DNA from: Candidatus Poribacteria bacterium
Lineage (GTDB): Bacteria > Poribacteria > WGA-4E > WGA-3G
Assembly: GCA_965215265.1 (NCBI GenBank)
Contig: OZ244048.1
Coordinates: 3,168,001 to 3,232,000 of the forward strand
DNA length: 64,000 nt
Direction of reading: 5' to 3'
The notes below the pieces were generated by a model. It made no database searches. It saw nothing but the letters and a program-made list of their open reading frames with translations, and was not told where the DNA came from. This document shows, in pieces, positions 39,620 to 50,097 of this stretch. Each line of letters starts with the position of its first letter. Position 1 is the stretch's first letter. The position numbers were made by a program, and so were the translations under genes.

Positions 39620-40929
39620 CTTTTACCTCGGACTGCTTGTTTTTTTAGTACTAAGATCCAGTCGGTGTTGATGCGTTCACCTCTCGGTACTGTAATAAAA
39701 TGTTTGATAATCTCTGAGCCAAAGTAGGTTTCAACTTGGAACCCGATTTTTTCGGCGAGTCCCATAAGATACTTCCAATTTTCGAACAACCGCCCTCGGA
39801 TACGATTATTCCCGACAACGATGATATATCTTCCCCCTGTTCGCAAAACTTTATAAACTTCAACAAGGTTTTGCTGCATATCTTCTAGGTATTTGAAGGC
39901 GATGAACGCCCGCCTCGGGTCTTCTTCAAAAATACTTGAGATGACGTTATCCGCTTCTGGTAACCCTATTTGATGGCAAATTTTGTAATCTAGAACCGAA
40001 ACGCTTTCTGTTCCAACGTTTCTCTTTTTCAAATCGGTTAAAGAATTCTGCATGAAATCGAGCCAGTACATCTCCAATTGGTGGGTGCGTGGATAGTCAA
40101 CTGCATTGACGTAAGGTGGGGAAGTCAGTGCAAGGTCAAAAGAGGCTTCTCCGTATTTGATATGTCTCGCATCCATGTCTTCGGGAAAACAGGCAGTTAT
40201 GCTGTCTGGATAATTATGAGAAAAGACTACCATTTTAGGTACTTTATCAAGTACTGCTTTTGCAAATCGGTTCAGTGCGTCGGCCGGACGTACCAATTTG
40301 TTCAATTTCTTCCGGATTACGGTACGTGTGCAATTATCGTCTGCGTTTGAGACGGCACGGATGATAGAAGAAAAACAGACTCGGAAGAAGTCTTTAACCG
40401 CGCTGCTTGCATCAAGGGAGCCGATCTCTTTTTTTAAATAGGACAGTTCGAAAAGAATTTCTTTGTTGAACCAGTTGTCCCTATAAGGGAAATCCGGTAA
40501 GTCGGTTTCGTCTACGAGTGCCGGTCGGTAATTTAAGACAGCCTCCAACAGCAATTTTCGCGATGTCCTCAATTCGTTTTCTGGTAAAGGTGTGACTTTC
40601 ACTCTGGAAAGGAAGCGAGAAAATGGGTCTACATCAATTCCTACAGAGTGTCTTCTGGCGAGGAGGGCTTCAAGGTTTGTGGTTCCGCTGCCGGCAAACG
40701 GATCGAGGATGCGTTCATTTTCCTCAGAGTACCGTTTGATGAGCCAGCGCGGTAATTCAGGAAAAAATTTGGCTGGGTACTTGTGCAAACCGTGCGTTAG
40801 AGAACGTTGGGCGTTGCTGATAAACAAGAATCTGTCGCCAGCATTTGCCGGCAAATCGACCGGAATGTCCCCCGTGACGCGGATAATACTCTCGCCAAAT
40901 TCATTTACAATTTCGGTAATGTTTTCCAT
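39580..40929 (-). CDS. N4-cytosine DNA methyltransferase
   Basis: H.YPAKF, LDPFAGSGTT (motif I) then TSPPY (motif IV). Confidence 0.9.
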   Translation of the reverse strand: MENITEIVNEFGESIIRVTGDIPVDLPANAGDRFLFISNAQRSLTHGLHKYPAKFFPELPRWLIKRYSEENERILDPFAGSGTTNLEALLARRHSVGIDVDPFSRFLSRVKVTPLPENELRTSRKLLLEAVLNYRPALVDETDLPDFPYRDNWFNKEILFELSYLKKEIGSLDASSAVKDFFRVCFSSIIRAVSNADDNCTRTVIRKKLNKLVRPADALNRFAKAVLDKVPKMVVFSHNYPDSITACFPEDMDARHIKYGEASFDLALTSPPYVNAVDYPRTHQLEMYWLDFMQNSLTDLKKRNVGTESVSVLDYKICHQIGLPEADNVISSIFEEDPRRAFIAFKYLEDMQQNLVEVYKVLRTGGRYIIVVGNNRIRGRLFENWKYLMGLAEKIGFQVETYFGSEIIKHFITVPRGERINTDWILVLKKQAVRGKRWQKQKKEADKLQ

Positions 40930-41067
40930 TATTAGAATCTCCCTGACCTTCTATCAGTGAGGTAACACCTACCTGGAAAATTAACGTGAATTATTTAATG
41001 TGTAATAAGTTTTTTAGCATTGAAATTATAACACAATTAAAGGGGGGCTGCTATAAAATCGAGATAT

Positions 41068-41745
41068 TCAATGCTCTGTAAAGGGCTCGATACACGTAGC
41101 GGAATCATTCTGCGGACGATTGACAAACCGGGACACCGGATAAGCGTCCATCTCTTCACCGGGGTAGGAAGTGAGGAGCGGCTGCAGTACGTCTGCAGAC
41201 TGTTCATCTGCTGAAAGCCACTGTGCATAAGCATCTTGTGGAAGAATTACGGGCATCCGGTGATGAATGTTTTCCAGAAAAGCATTCGGTGCACACGTGA
41301 CAATAGTACAGGAACGGATCGGTTCATCCATTCCATCAGCGTTCCATACCTCCCATAAGCCTGCGAACGCGAACGGCTTTTGCGATTTGAGTCTGATGTA
41401 GACGGGCTGTTTTAGCCTTTCCCCTGGGACCTTTTGCCATTCGTAGTAGCCGTCTGCCAAGATAAGGCATCGTCGTCGTTTGTAAGCATTGCGGAAGGAC
41501 GGTTTTTCTGCAAGCGTCTCGGCGCGCGCGTTAATCATGCGATTTCCGATGCCCGGTTCTTTTGCCCAAAACGGGATTAGTCCCCAATGAAAAAAATCAA
41601 TTTGTTTCTCCGTGTTCGCTATTACGGCTACGTTTTGTGTAGGTGAAATATTATAGCGCGGTGCCATATTCGCAGGAATATCAAAAACGATGAAAGTTTG
41701 CGTCAATGTTTCTGTATCGCTTGCTAAGGTAAATCGTCCACACAT
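41068..41745 (-). CDS. SOS response-associated peptidase (SRAP/YedK/HMCES)
   Basis: AAGGAG RBS; MCGRF, YNISP, INARAET, GYYEW and IHHRMP. Confidence 0.93.
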   Translation of the reverse strand: MCGRFTLASDTETLTQTFIVFDIPANMAPRYNISPTQNVAVIANTEKQIDFFHWGLIPFWAKEPGIGNRMINARAETLAEKPSFRNAYKRRRCLILADGYYEWQKVPGERLKQPVYIRLKSQKPFAFAGLWEVWNADGMDEPIRSCTIVTCAPNAFLENIHHRMPVILPQDAYAQWLSADEQSADVLQPLLTSYPGEEMDAYPVSRFVNRPQNDSATCIEPFTEH

Positions 41746-41876
41746 GGTTATCTCCTTGCCAAGAGTGCAACTCGACGGTTTGCGTGTTTTGGTCTTCCAC
41801 TCTGGCGTTTTCAGCATGACAAGGCGTTGCTGATAGCCCTGTAATTTTAAAATTTCTGAGTGGGAGGTACAATTAA

Positions 41877-42707
41877 TTATTTTGGTTTCGGTATCAGAAT
41901 ATCGTCTCGCCAGCGTAGGCGGAAGGAAGGCCGCACGAGTGCCTCTGGGGATTGAAGTGTCAAGCCTCCATCTGCAGTCAAAACGATGCCTGTGATGAAA
42001 TCGGCTTCATCGGATGCCAAAAAGAGTGCGGCATTTGCAATATCTTCAGGTTTGCCGTAACGTCCGATCGGATAGCAATCGCGTGATGCTTGTTCTTCAA
42101 GTGCGTCCTTGGCGAGTGCGGTTTCGCCTCTTTCGCCAACAATCTGCCCGGGTGCAATAGCGTTCGCCCGAATGCCCTCCCTACCGTAATCGAGGGCGAT
42201 GCTCCGTGTCAACGCATTCAGTCCCCCTTTTCCGGCTCCGTAAAGCCCGAAACCAGGGTTCGTAATGGTGGCGTTGACGGTAGAAATAAAAACGAGACTG
42301 CCGCCCCCATTTTGAATCATCTCTGGTATACAGTACTTTGCCCCGAGCCACGGGCCGCCTAGCGTTACCCCGAGGCTTTCATTCCACTCTTCTTGGGTAA
42401 ATTCAATTGCCTTTTTGGTGTATGAGTGCGCGGCGTTATGGACAAGCGTTGTGATTTTACCGTAGTTTGCTAATGCGGTTGTAACGAGTCTTTGCCATGT
42501 GGTTGCGTCGGCGACATCGCCCATAACTGCGACAGCTTCGCCGCCTGCGTCCTGAATTCGGTTTACCGTCTCAGTGAGTTTTTCTTCTCTGCGGCGTGTA
42601 TTGACAACGATTTTCGCACCTTGACAAGCAAATTTGTAGGCTGTGGCAGCACCAATCCCACCCCACGCTGCGCCTGCAACAATGGCGACTTTTCCTGAGA
42701 GTCTCAT
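41877..42707 (-). CDS. Short-chain dehydrogenase/reductase
   Basis: G....GIG, NAA, YGAGK and IRANAIAPG. Confidence 0.92.
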   Translation of the reverse strand: MRLSGKVAIVAGAAWGGIGAATAYKFACQGAKIVVNTRRREEKLTETVNRIQDAGGEAVAVMGDVADATTWQRLVTTALANYGKITTLVHNAAHSYTKKAIEFTQEEWNESLGVTLGGPWLGAKYCIPEMIQNGGGSLVFISTVNATITNPGFGLYGAGKGGLNALTRSIALDYGREGIRANAIAPGQIVGERGETALAKDALEEQASRDCYPIGRYGKPEDIANAALFLASDEADFITGIVLTADGGLTLQSPEALVRPSFRLRWRDDILIPKPK

Positions 42708-42879
42708 AATCATCCTTTCTTTCAATTCTTTTAATTCGCTATGGAAACTGTAAATATGCCTGATATACGTATCATTTTAACGGAGATGCTTAGAAATATC
42801 AAGCAGATTCTTGCATAATTTTCGTTTGGTTGGTAACATGCACAATATAATGAATGAATCAATAAAGGGAGCGCCTTGT

Positions 42880-43239
42880 GTGAAAGCAGCACTCAAAGAA
42901 TGGGTTGATATTTGTATTGAAAAACTGAGGACCGGTGAGTTGACGGAGGCTCATCTGCGCAGCGTAACTGACGTGCTGGAGGTAGAAAAACAGTTGCTTC
43001 TGTATCTTTATTCCAAATCGACAAACCTGCGTTCGCCGCTCGGTGGGTGGGCACTCTATAATCCGACAGAGCCGGAAGTACCTATTTTACCTTCACAAGA
43101 GGCACCTTACGCTTCGGTGCTTGACGCAGTTCGTGACGGTTGGCGGATTGTGCAATTCCCACGCCCGGAACTTCACAATTTTTCAGATGTTGACAACGCC
43201 TATCTCGGCTTTGAATTTATTTTAGAGAAATTTGTTTGA
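42880..43239 (+). CDS. Hypothetical protein upstream of a PhyH-like gene
   Basis: GGGAG RBS before GTG; PY.SVLDAV.DGWRIVQFP; 9-nt gap to the next gene. Confidence 0.7.
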   Translation: MKAALKEWVDICIEKLRTGELTEAHLRSVTDVLEVEKQLLLYLYSKSTNLRSPLGGWALYNPTEPEVPILPSQEAPYASVLDAVRDGWRIVQFPRPELHNFSDVDNAYLGFEFILEKFV

Positions 43240-43248
43240 GGTGTACAC

Positions 43249-44043
43249 ATGATTAATGTTGAACCAACGCTGAATGATAGCCAGATTATGCAGTTTATAC
43301 ACAACGGGTATATCACGCTAGAGCGTATTGTAGATGCGGAGTTTAATCGGACGTGTGACTCGGTGCCAGGTGGGCATCTGAGCGATTTTGTTTGCACGGA
43401 TGAATTTCGGCGTAACGTCTTGCTGCATTCAGAGGTCTCCGGTGTTGTGCGTTCGCTCTTAGGCGAGAATTTCCTCGTGCCGATAAGCGCGCACCATCAC
43501 CTGTTTGAAGGCGCACATCTCGGGCAAACCTGGCACTCCGATGGGCTGACAGAGCGCGGCTACGGCATCACGCATCTCCAATGCTATTACTACCCCAACG
43601 CGGTAAAGATTGAAGACGGCCCCACGATGATTCTGCCCGGTTCACATCATCGTCTCGTGGATAGGGAGGCCATCGCGCATTACGGTGATATTTTGGGGCA
43701 GCTCTCCCTCACGGTGCCTGCTGGTACTGTTGCTATAACACGCTACGGCATCTGGCATAAAGCAGGACCCAAGCTCAATTCGGCGAGACGGGGGATGATT
43801 AAGTTCTCCTACTTTCGCACCACCATGCCCAAGCGCGATTGGATGCGCGATTCGGATGAGCCGCCGCCCTATCAGCATGCCGGCCGACATCCGTATGTGA
43901 CAGAGGTAGAATCCTACCGTGAGCGGCGCAGAGGCGAACTGACATGGCGCTGGCTGTGCGGCTTAGAGGCCGTGGAAGAACCTATTCCGCCGATACAAAT
44001 GTTTAACAGAGGCATTCCGTTGTCGGAAATCCGATTTGATTAG
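43249..44043 (+). CDS. PhyH-like dioxygenase
   Basis: WHSD, GPTMILPGSH and IWH motifs. Confidence 0.8.
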   Translation: MINVEPTLNDSQIMQFIHNGYITLERIVDAEFNRTCDSVPGGHLSDFVCTDEFRRNVLLHSEVSGVVRSLLGENFLVPISAHHHLFEGAHLGQTWHSDGLTERGYGITHLQCYYYPNAVKIEDGPTMILPGSHHRLVDREAIAHYGDILGQLSLTVPAGTVAITRYGIWHKAGPKLNSARRGMIKFSYFRTTMPKRDWMRDSDEPPPYQHAGRHPYVTEVESYRERRRGELTWRWLCGLEAVEEPIPPIQMFNRGIPLSEIRFD

Positions 44044-44226
44044 CGCTGCGTATCTTGTAGCACAATTTCCTTCGCACCGCCGCCAATTGCAATTGTTGCT
44101 AACACCGCAGCGACATGAATAATGCAGAGAGTACATTTTGTTGGCACAGATTGCGGAAAACCGAATGGATGCCCCTTCAATGAAACGCAGATAGTGTATC
44201 CAAAGCGTTAAAGCAGAATTTTCACT

Positions 44227-45024
44227 TTAACGCGCACCACACGCCTGCAAACATGCCTGCATGTGCCCGCGTGACTCCGCTGCAATTGTGCAACACTGCG
44301 CTAACGAGTATTCTTTCGCCCCGATAACCTCGAGATTTAGCGGCCCGGTATAGCCGTTCTCATGCAGCACGCGAATGTATCCAACCAGGTCGATGTCGCC
44401 GCGGCCATTGGCTTGCAGTTCAGGGTTACCGGGCCCGTGCTGTGTGCCTTTACAATCGCGGATATGCACGTGTTTCACATGCGAAACCACTGCGGCAATC
44501 GCCTCGACAGGGTTTTCGCCGGCACGATGAATGTGCGACGCATCCATATCAATACCGAATGCGGGAGACGAAATCTCTTCGATAGCACGCAGGGTTGTGG
44601 GTGTATTATAGATGCTCGCACCGACATGCGCCTTGACACAGAGTGTCACGCCATAGTGTTCTGCCTGCTCTGAGAGGCTCTGCAACGAATCTATTACCTC
44701 GGGCCACGCGGATTCATCATCCGATTTACCGCCGGGCCCGCAATTAATAATGGGGATGCCTATTTCAACTGCTGCTTGGAACGCGAGCGCCATTTTCTCT
44801 GCATCTCGGGACGGTTGCTCCATCGCCAGCAGTTCGAGTTCGTATTCCTTCGCAAGACGTTTAATCTCGTCAGCGAGTTCCTTCCAATTTGCAAGTACGA
44901 GGTGCTGACTCATTCCGTCAATTGCGGAGAGTTCAATTCCGTCGTAGCCCGCCATAGCGATGTGCTTGAAGGCGGTTTCCATATCGTAGCCGCCAAACAG
45001 CACTGAGTTTGCTCCTAATTTCAA
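44227..45024 (-). CDS. Sugar phosphate isomerase/epimerase (xylose isomerase-like TIM barrel)
   Basis: GYDGIEL, D.SH, HVHIRD and GYTGPLNLE; AGGAGG RBS before TTG. Confidence 0.88.
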   Translation of the reverse strand: MKLGANSVLFGGYDMETAFKHIAMAGYDGIELSAIDGMSQHLVLANWKELADEIKRLAKEYELELLAMEQPSRDAEKMALAFQAAVEIGIPIINCGPGGKSDDESAWPEVIDSLQSLSEQAEHYGVTLCVKAHVGASIYNTPTTLRAIEEISSPAFGIDMDASHIHRAGENPVEAIAAVVSHVKHVHIRDCKGTQHGPGNPELQANGRGDIDLVGYIRVLHENGYTGPLNLEVIGAKEYSLAQCCTIAAESRGHMQACLQACGAR

Positions 45025-45134
45025 TCAACTTCCTCCTATAAATATTATCCTCTTCTAGAACGTTAGTTCTGAACCGATGAAAACAACATAAATCAAATTT
45101 GATCTTTTAGACGCGGCTTGAATGATGAATGCAA

Positions 45135-46211
45135 TTATCCGTGCAGCGTCGGAAGAGGCTGTGGGCGGACCAGGATACCACCTTGTTCATAAGATTCCAT
45201 TGCTGCCCAAGTGTACTCAAGCGCAGCGAGAGCATCTCTGCCAGAGGCGCGGAGTTTTTCCTTCGGCACGCCGTTCGTGATGTCTTCTAAAAAGGCGTGG
45301 ATTCTTAACGGGAAGGTTTGCCCGAAGTCTGTGATACCGGATTCAGTGACAACTGCATCACCGCTATTCGGTGCGCCCGGGGCGGCCCAATATGTAACCT
45401 TCTCTATACAGTTTTCAATACAGAACGTGCCGCGGGTCCCTGCAAGTTCAACGCTCCACCAGCCGCCGAGTCCGAACGTTGCATCCCCGCGTTGGCTAAG
45501 CAGATAGCCGATGCATCCGTTCTGAAAACGGAGATGGATTCCGTTAATAGAGAGCATCAGATCGTTCTCGCGTCGCCGAAAGTGCGGGCGTTCCATAAAG
45601 GCTTGGACGTGTGTCACGTCGCCGCAGAAATGACGCATCACGCTAAACGGATGCGATAGAAACGCTTTGACATGAAAGTACGGGAAGCCGTGTGAACGTG
45701 GCGCTTTGGACAGCTGGTAGTTGAATTCCCCGCCGGCAAACCCCATTTTGTGTAAGCAGTAAACCATCTCGCCGATTTCGCCATCATCGATGTATTGCTT
45801 CGCGCGTTCTGCAGGCGGCGTGAAGTAGTGGTTCAGGTTGCAGCCGAGGTAAAGATCTGCCTCGGTGGCTTTCGCTACCATGTCGCGTGCTTGCCCAATA
45901 TCGTTAGAGATCGGTTTTTCGACGAGGACGTGCTTTCCAGCTGCTAATGCTTCCATCGTCGGTTCGTAGTGCCAGCTGCCGTTCTCATTGCCGCCAGTAG
46001 TGACATCGACGATATCTAAGTCTGGTTCACCGTCAATCATATCGGCGAGGCTGTAGTATGCTTTTACGCCGAGGCGTTCGGCTGCGTCATCCGCACGCTG
46101 TTTCATAAGATCGCAGACAGCGACAAGCTCGGCTAAGTCATCTTGGGCGTGGCAGTTTGCGTGGTTGTTACCGATTCCACTCATGCCGACAACGCCAACT
46201 TTTAGTGCCAT
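45135..46211 (-). CDS. Gfo/Idh/MocA oxidoreductase
   Basis: VGVVG.SGIG and GKHVLVEKP. Confidence 0.9.
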   Translation of the reverse strand: MALKVGVVGMSGIGNNHANCHAQDDLAELVAVCDLMKQRADDAAERLGVKAYYSLADMIDGEPDLDIVDVTTGGNENGSWHYEPTMEALAAGKHVLVEKPISNDIGQARDMVAKATEADLYLGCNLNHYFTPPAERAKQYIDDGEIGEMVYCLHKMGFAGGEFNYQLSKAPRSHGFPYFHVKAFLSHPFSVMRHFCGDVTHVQAFMERPHFRRRENDLMLSINGIHLRFQNGCIGYLLSQRGDATFGLGGWWSVELAGTRGTFCIENCIEKVTYWAAPGAPNSGDAVVTESGITDFGQTFPLRIHAFLEDITNGVPKEKLRASGRDALAALEYTWAAMESYEQGGILVRPQPLPTLHG

Positions 46212-46556
46212 TTCTGATTCCTTCCATGCAGCGGGGTTTGGACATCCCGCTTACCATAACTTAAAAATAGATTCCTATAGTTTAATTATACGGCTTCGCG
46301 TGAATTTGTCAACAAATATGTTTAACCTGGACCCAGATTTTTGCGTTTTCAACTGCTGCTTTACTAAAAAAAAACGAATTTTTTGCCGCTGTGTGCCCCC
46401 ATTCGCATTTTTTTTTCGCAGAAAGTGTAGCAAAATTCTAACCTTGACGGGTAAAGGTTTATGTGGATGCCTGCGACCTTCACATGCTTCATAAGAAAGA
46501 AATTTTTTGCGTAAAAATGAAAATGTGGCAAAAAAACTTTTTATTTCGGAAAAAAC

Positions 46557-47242
46557 TTGAGAAAAAAACACAAAATGTGCTATACTTCAAAACAACGTTA
46601 GAAAACTTTTTTGTGATGATTTGCTGAGAAAAAAGAAATCTTGACAAAAATTGCTGTTTGCGTGATAATTCAAGTTGTTTTATTTAGCATGCACATTGAA
46701 ATTTCAAAAAGATCGTTTTTTGGGAAAAAATGGGTGACATTCCTGAAAGATAGGTATTTTCCCGAAAAATTATGCGTTTTTTCATTTTTTTAATTTGACA
46801 AACACTTCTTCATAGGGTATAATTAAAATAACCTTTTGCGAGAAAGGCAGGAGTGTTCTTTAAAAGTGAAAGAATGAACTGACGTGCCCGTTGACAGTTT
46901 GTGAATGCACTTCATTTCATTTTTTGAAAAGGCGCTCACAAACACGATTTCATTTTTTGAACAACTGTCTGCACATCTTACGAACTTATAGTTCAGTTGG
47001 AATTTTTAGTTGACAAATTTTGAAATGGGATGTATAATTTATTCTTTGATTGTTGAATGCCGCTTCATGGAAACATATCCAGATATCGGCAAGCAATGTA
47101 AGAGTAGGCATTACGCTAGTTAAATCTGATGCACAGATTCACATGAACGCATAATAGGTTGCTGTTCGGTCACTATTGGTGTGATAATTAATTTTGATAA
47201 GAAATAGTAGCCTTGACAAGCGTGTGTAAATTCTGTTAGCAT
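46557..47242 (+). promoter_or_regulatory. Stack of about five near-consensus sigma70 promoters
   Basis: TTGAGA-18-TATACT (46557), TTGACA-17-GATAAT (46641), TTGACA-17-TATAAT (46795 and 47010), TTGACA-18-TAGCAT (47213). Confidence 0.7.
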
Positions 47243-48113
47243 ATTAAAAAATTGGAATCAACTTGACAAAAAGGGTTGAATCGGTATTCGTAAAATCGTT
47301 AGACGACAAGCATTCTTCGTGTCTCGTTGACGCAATAACAGGCGAGATGCGGAGTTACGAAACAAGGAACGAGCATGATGCACCGAAGGTTAATCCCAAC
47401 ATTATCAATGGAAGAAAGATGTTCGGGCAGAAGTGCCCAACCCCTCAATAGTTTGCATTCGGTGTCAGTTCTGTGCTATTTTCGTTATTCACCTGCCACT
47501 TGTCAAGTTAACTATAGGTTAAATACCCCCCCCCTCATATATTAACTATCCGTTAATTTGCAAAGACAACTTTACTGTCGACCTCTGCGTGGGATTGATG
47601 TTGACTCTATCCCCGGGCGGCAAGGGTTGTTCCATTCGCCTTGGATTGCAACGTTCTCGTTGCGACAACTTCTCATGGTCCCTTCTTCCGATTCCCATTC
47701 TGTTTAAGAACTATCGACAGGTGTCCTCCCTTATTTTTGGAAACCAAAAGGAACCGATGCAGTCTGATTCTGACTTTTTTGTCGGTGCGAGTTTTGCTAA
47801 TGTTTTTCCGATGAGGCACCCACCTGCTGATAGCTTCAAGCTGGGAGGATCTGCTAATGGAACGAAAGGGAGATGCTCCTGCCTGCTATGGTATGTGGGC
47901 ACTGCCGTGCTAAGGGGCCTTATACTTATTGTCTCAAAAACACAAGGCATAGCCGGCGCAAAACCCGTGCGGCCCCTAAATGCCGCTCGCGACTTCGCGT
48001 CACTATTGGTTGCGTACTGGTGAAGTTTCACCTAGTTTATATAGTTCATAAAAATTTTCTTAACTAAGTTTACAGTATAACTTAATTAATTTAGAGTATA
48101 AAAGGAGAATAGA

Positions 48114-49712
48114 ATGAAGACGCTGTTAGGTTTATTAGTAGTGCTTTGCGTGATACTTGTTGGGAACACCCACGCTCAAAATTTGTTTACATTTAAAGCT
48201 GAGACGCAACAGGAGTTAGTTCCAAAACCAATCGAGATAGGCGATGCAGTTCCGTTGAAAATTACACTGACGCGTAATAATCGGGCGGTGGCGGGCGTGA
48301 CAGTTTCATTTAGGCCGGAGGATCCGGCCGAAGCAACGGTTAATCCGTCGAAGGGGACAACCAATGCGCGTGGAATGGTAACAACTAATGTCACCTTTCA
48401 TAAAGGCGGAGAAATCGATATTTTTGTAGATGCTCCGGCGCACGACTCTAGCTACACCCATACTTTCAAAGTCAGTAGGCAACCAGTCCAGATCCAGCTC
48501 ACCCGTATTGTCGCTACCCCTGTTAAGAAGATTGTGGGAGGTCAGCCTACTGCTCTTGGCGAGATAGCCGTTGGCGATACTGTCAGATACCAGATTGAAA
48601 TCAAAGGCGTGTCAAATTTAGCCGCTTGGCAAATGGACATTGTGTTCAATCCGGAGGTTCTTGAATTCGTTGAGATTAGGGAAGGGGATTTTCTTGAAAG
48701 AAACGACGTGAATGCTTTCTTCCAGGGAGGTACCCGGAGTTCAGGAAAAATCGCCGGCATAAGGCAAGCGCGCATTGGGCGGGTAACGAATGCTGCCGGT
48801 CAACATACATTAACCGCACCTGTAGCAGGTGTCAATGGGACGGGCACACTGCTAGAAATTGACTTTAAGGTATTGGAATTTGCAGAGGAGGCATTAGGGT
48901 TGCATAATGTACACCTCAGCGATTCCGCTAATTTCACAAATACCAACTTCAATGATCTTAATAGGTTGGATGTCCCGAACATGCATTTTAATCTTTCAAA
49001 GCGACATGATCGGATATCCTACTATATTGTGAGTAACCCTATGGTTGTGACTCAACGGTATCCGCTGGAAGATGTCAATCGCGATCGGCATGTCAATATC
49101 CAAGATCTGGTGGTAGTCGCAGGTAGCCTCGGGAAAGCCAGTAACAATCCACGTGCTGACGTGAATAACGATGGATTTGTCAATATGCAGGATCTCATCT
49201 TGGTTGCTCGACATCCAAATTGGGGCAAGCGTGTGGGGGTGACTACAGTTAGAGCTCAGAATAGTCAGATAGGAACTGCTCCCTCCCTTGCAAGTGGAAA
49301 TCTTACGCCTGAAACAATTCAGGGCTGGATAGACCTTGCGCGTGTTGAGGACGACGGTTCTGTGATTTTCGACCGCGGTGTCACAAATCTTGAAAATCTT
49401 CTAGGTTCCATGATTCCGTCCGAAACACGGCTCCTCTTGAACTACCCCAATCCATTCAACCCTGAAACGTGGATACCATATCAATTGGCGAAATCTGCGG
49501 ATGTCACGCTGAGCATCTACTCGGTGCAGGGTACCTTGGTTCGTACCTTAGCGTTAGGGCATCAACCTGCAGGGGTTTATCAAAGCAAGAGCCAAGCAGC
49601 CTATTGGGATGGCCAGAATGAGCTCGGTGAGCAGGTAGCAAGTGGTGTCTATTTCTATACGCTGGTTGCAGGTAATTTCAGTGCGACTGGAAAAATGCTT
49701 GTCAGGAAGTAA
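48114..49712 (+). CDS. Secreted protein: Ig-like (Big_1), cohesin, dockerin/EF-hand and FlgD/T9SS-like C-terminal domains
   Basis: Signal peptide; G.TNARG...T; WQMDIVFNP.VL...EGDFL; two DVN.D..VN..DL repeats; NYPNPFNPETWIPYQL...WDG.NE.GE.VASGVYFY. Confidence 0.85.
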   Translation: MKTLLGLLVVLCVILVGNTHAQNLFTFKAETQQELVPKPIEIGDAVPLKITLTRNNRAVAGVTVSFRPEDPAEATVNPSKGTTNARGMVTTNVTFHKGGEIDIFVDAPAHDSSYTHTFKVSRQPVQIQLTRIVATPVKKIVGGQPTALGEIAVGDTVRYQIEIKGVSNLAAWQMDIVFNPEVLEFVEIREGDFLERNDVNAFFQGGTRSSGKIAGIRQARIGRVTNAAGQHTLTAPVAGVNGTGTLLEIDFKVLEFAEEALGLHNVHLSDSANFTNTNFNDLNRLDVPNMHFNLSKRHDRISYYIVSNPMVVTQRYPLEDVNRDRHVNIQDLVVVAGSLGKASNNPRADVNNDGFVNMQDLILVARHPNWGKRVGVTTVRAQNSQIGTAPSLASGNLTPETIQGWIDLARVEDDGSVIFDRGVTNLENLLGSMIPSETRLLLNYPNPFNPETWIPYQLAKSADVTLSIYSVQGTLVRTLALGHQPAGVYQSKSQAAYWDGQNELGEQVASGVYFYTLVAGNFSATGKMLVRK

Positions 49713-49720
49713 CCAGCTTT

Positions 49721-49749
49721 GTAGGGGTAGGTTTGAAACCTGCCCCTAT
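49721..49749. repeat. GTAG-type REP-like palindrome or terminator
   Basis: GTAGGGGTAGGTTTGAAACCTGCCCCTAT. Confidence 0.6.
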
Positions 49750-50097
49750 ACTTATTTCCGGGTGTTTAAACTCCCTGTTAATATGATGACCCCACGTACG
49801 TTTAGTTAAAGAGATCGTTAGAAAATGGGTTAATTTTTAACTATCTGTTAATTTCTAGTTCATTTTTTGCCCGGTGCATGCTGAACCCGGTAGCGACAGA
49901 TAAAACCAGAGGTGTGATGGTGAGTAGGCCGTGTGCCGAATGCTATCACACCTCTTTCTCTTTGAGGCGATACCGATTTCTCCGCCTGATTTCTCTCTCT
50001 TTGCTTGAAAATGATTCCCTGATATGTTATCATAAATGAAAAGTAGTCGTTTTGAGAAGGGAAGCACTTGCCACCTGCCACGTTTTAGGAGTCTAAT

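Noticed and set aside
46260-47560. Possible oriC
   Set aside because: AT-rich, but I found no cluster of TTATCCACA-like DnaA boxes and no dnaA/gid neighbours.
47945-48020. c-di-GMP-I (GEMM) riboswitch-like GGCGCAAAAC...CTAA
   Set aside because: The GNRA-capped first hairpin and the 3' consensus are not recognisable; an Infernal search would be needed.
47589-48031. Overlapping 144-aa (+) and 106-aa (-) ORFs
   Set aside because: No motifs or convincing RBS, and atypical composition.
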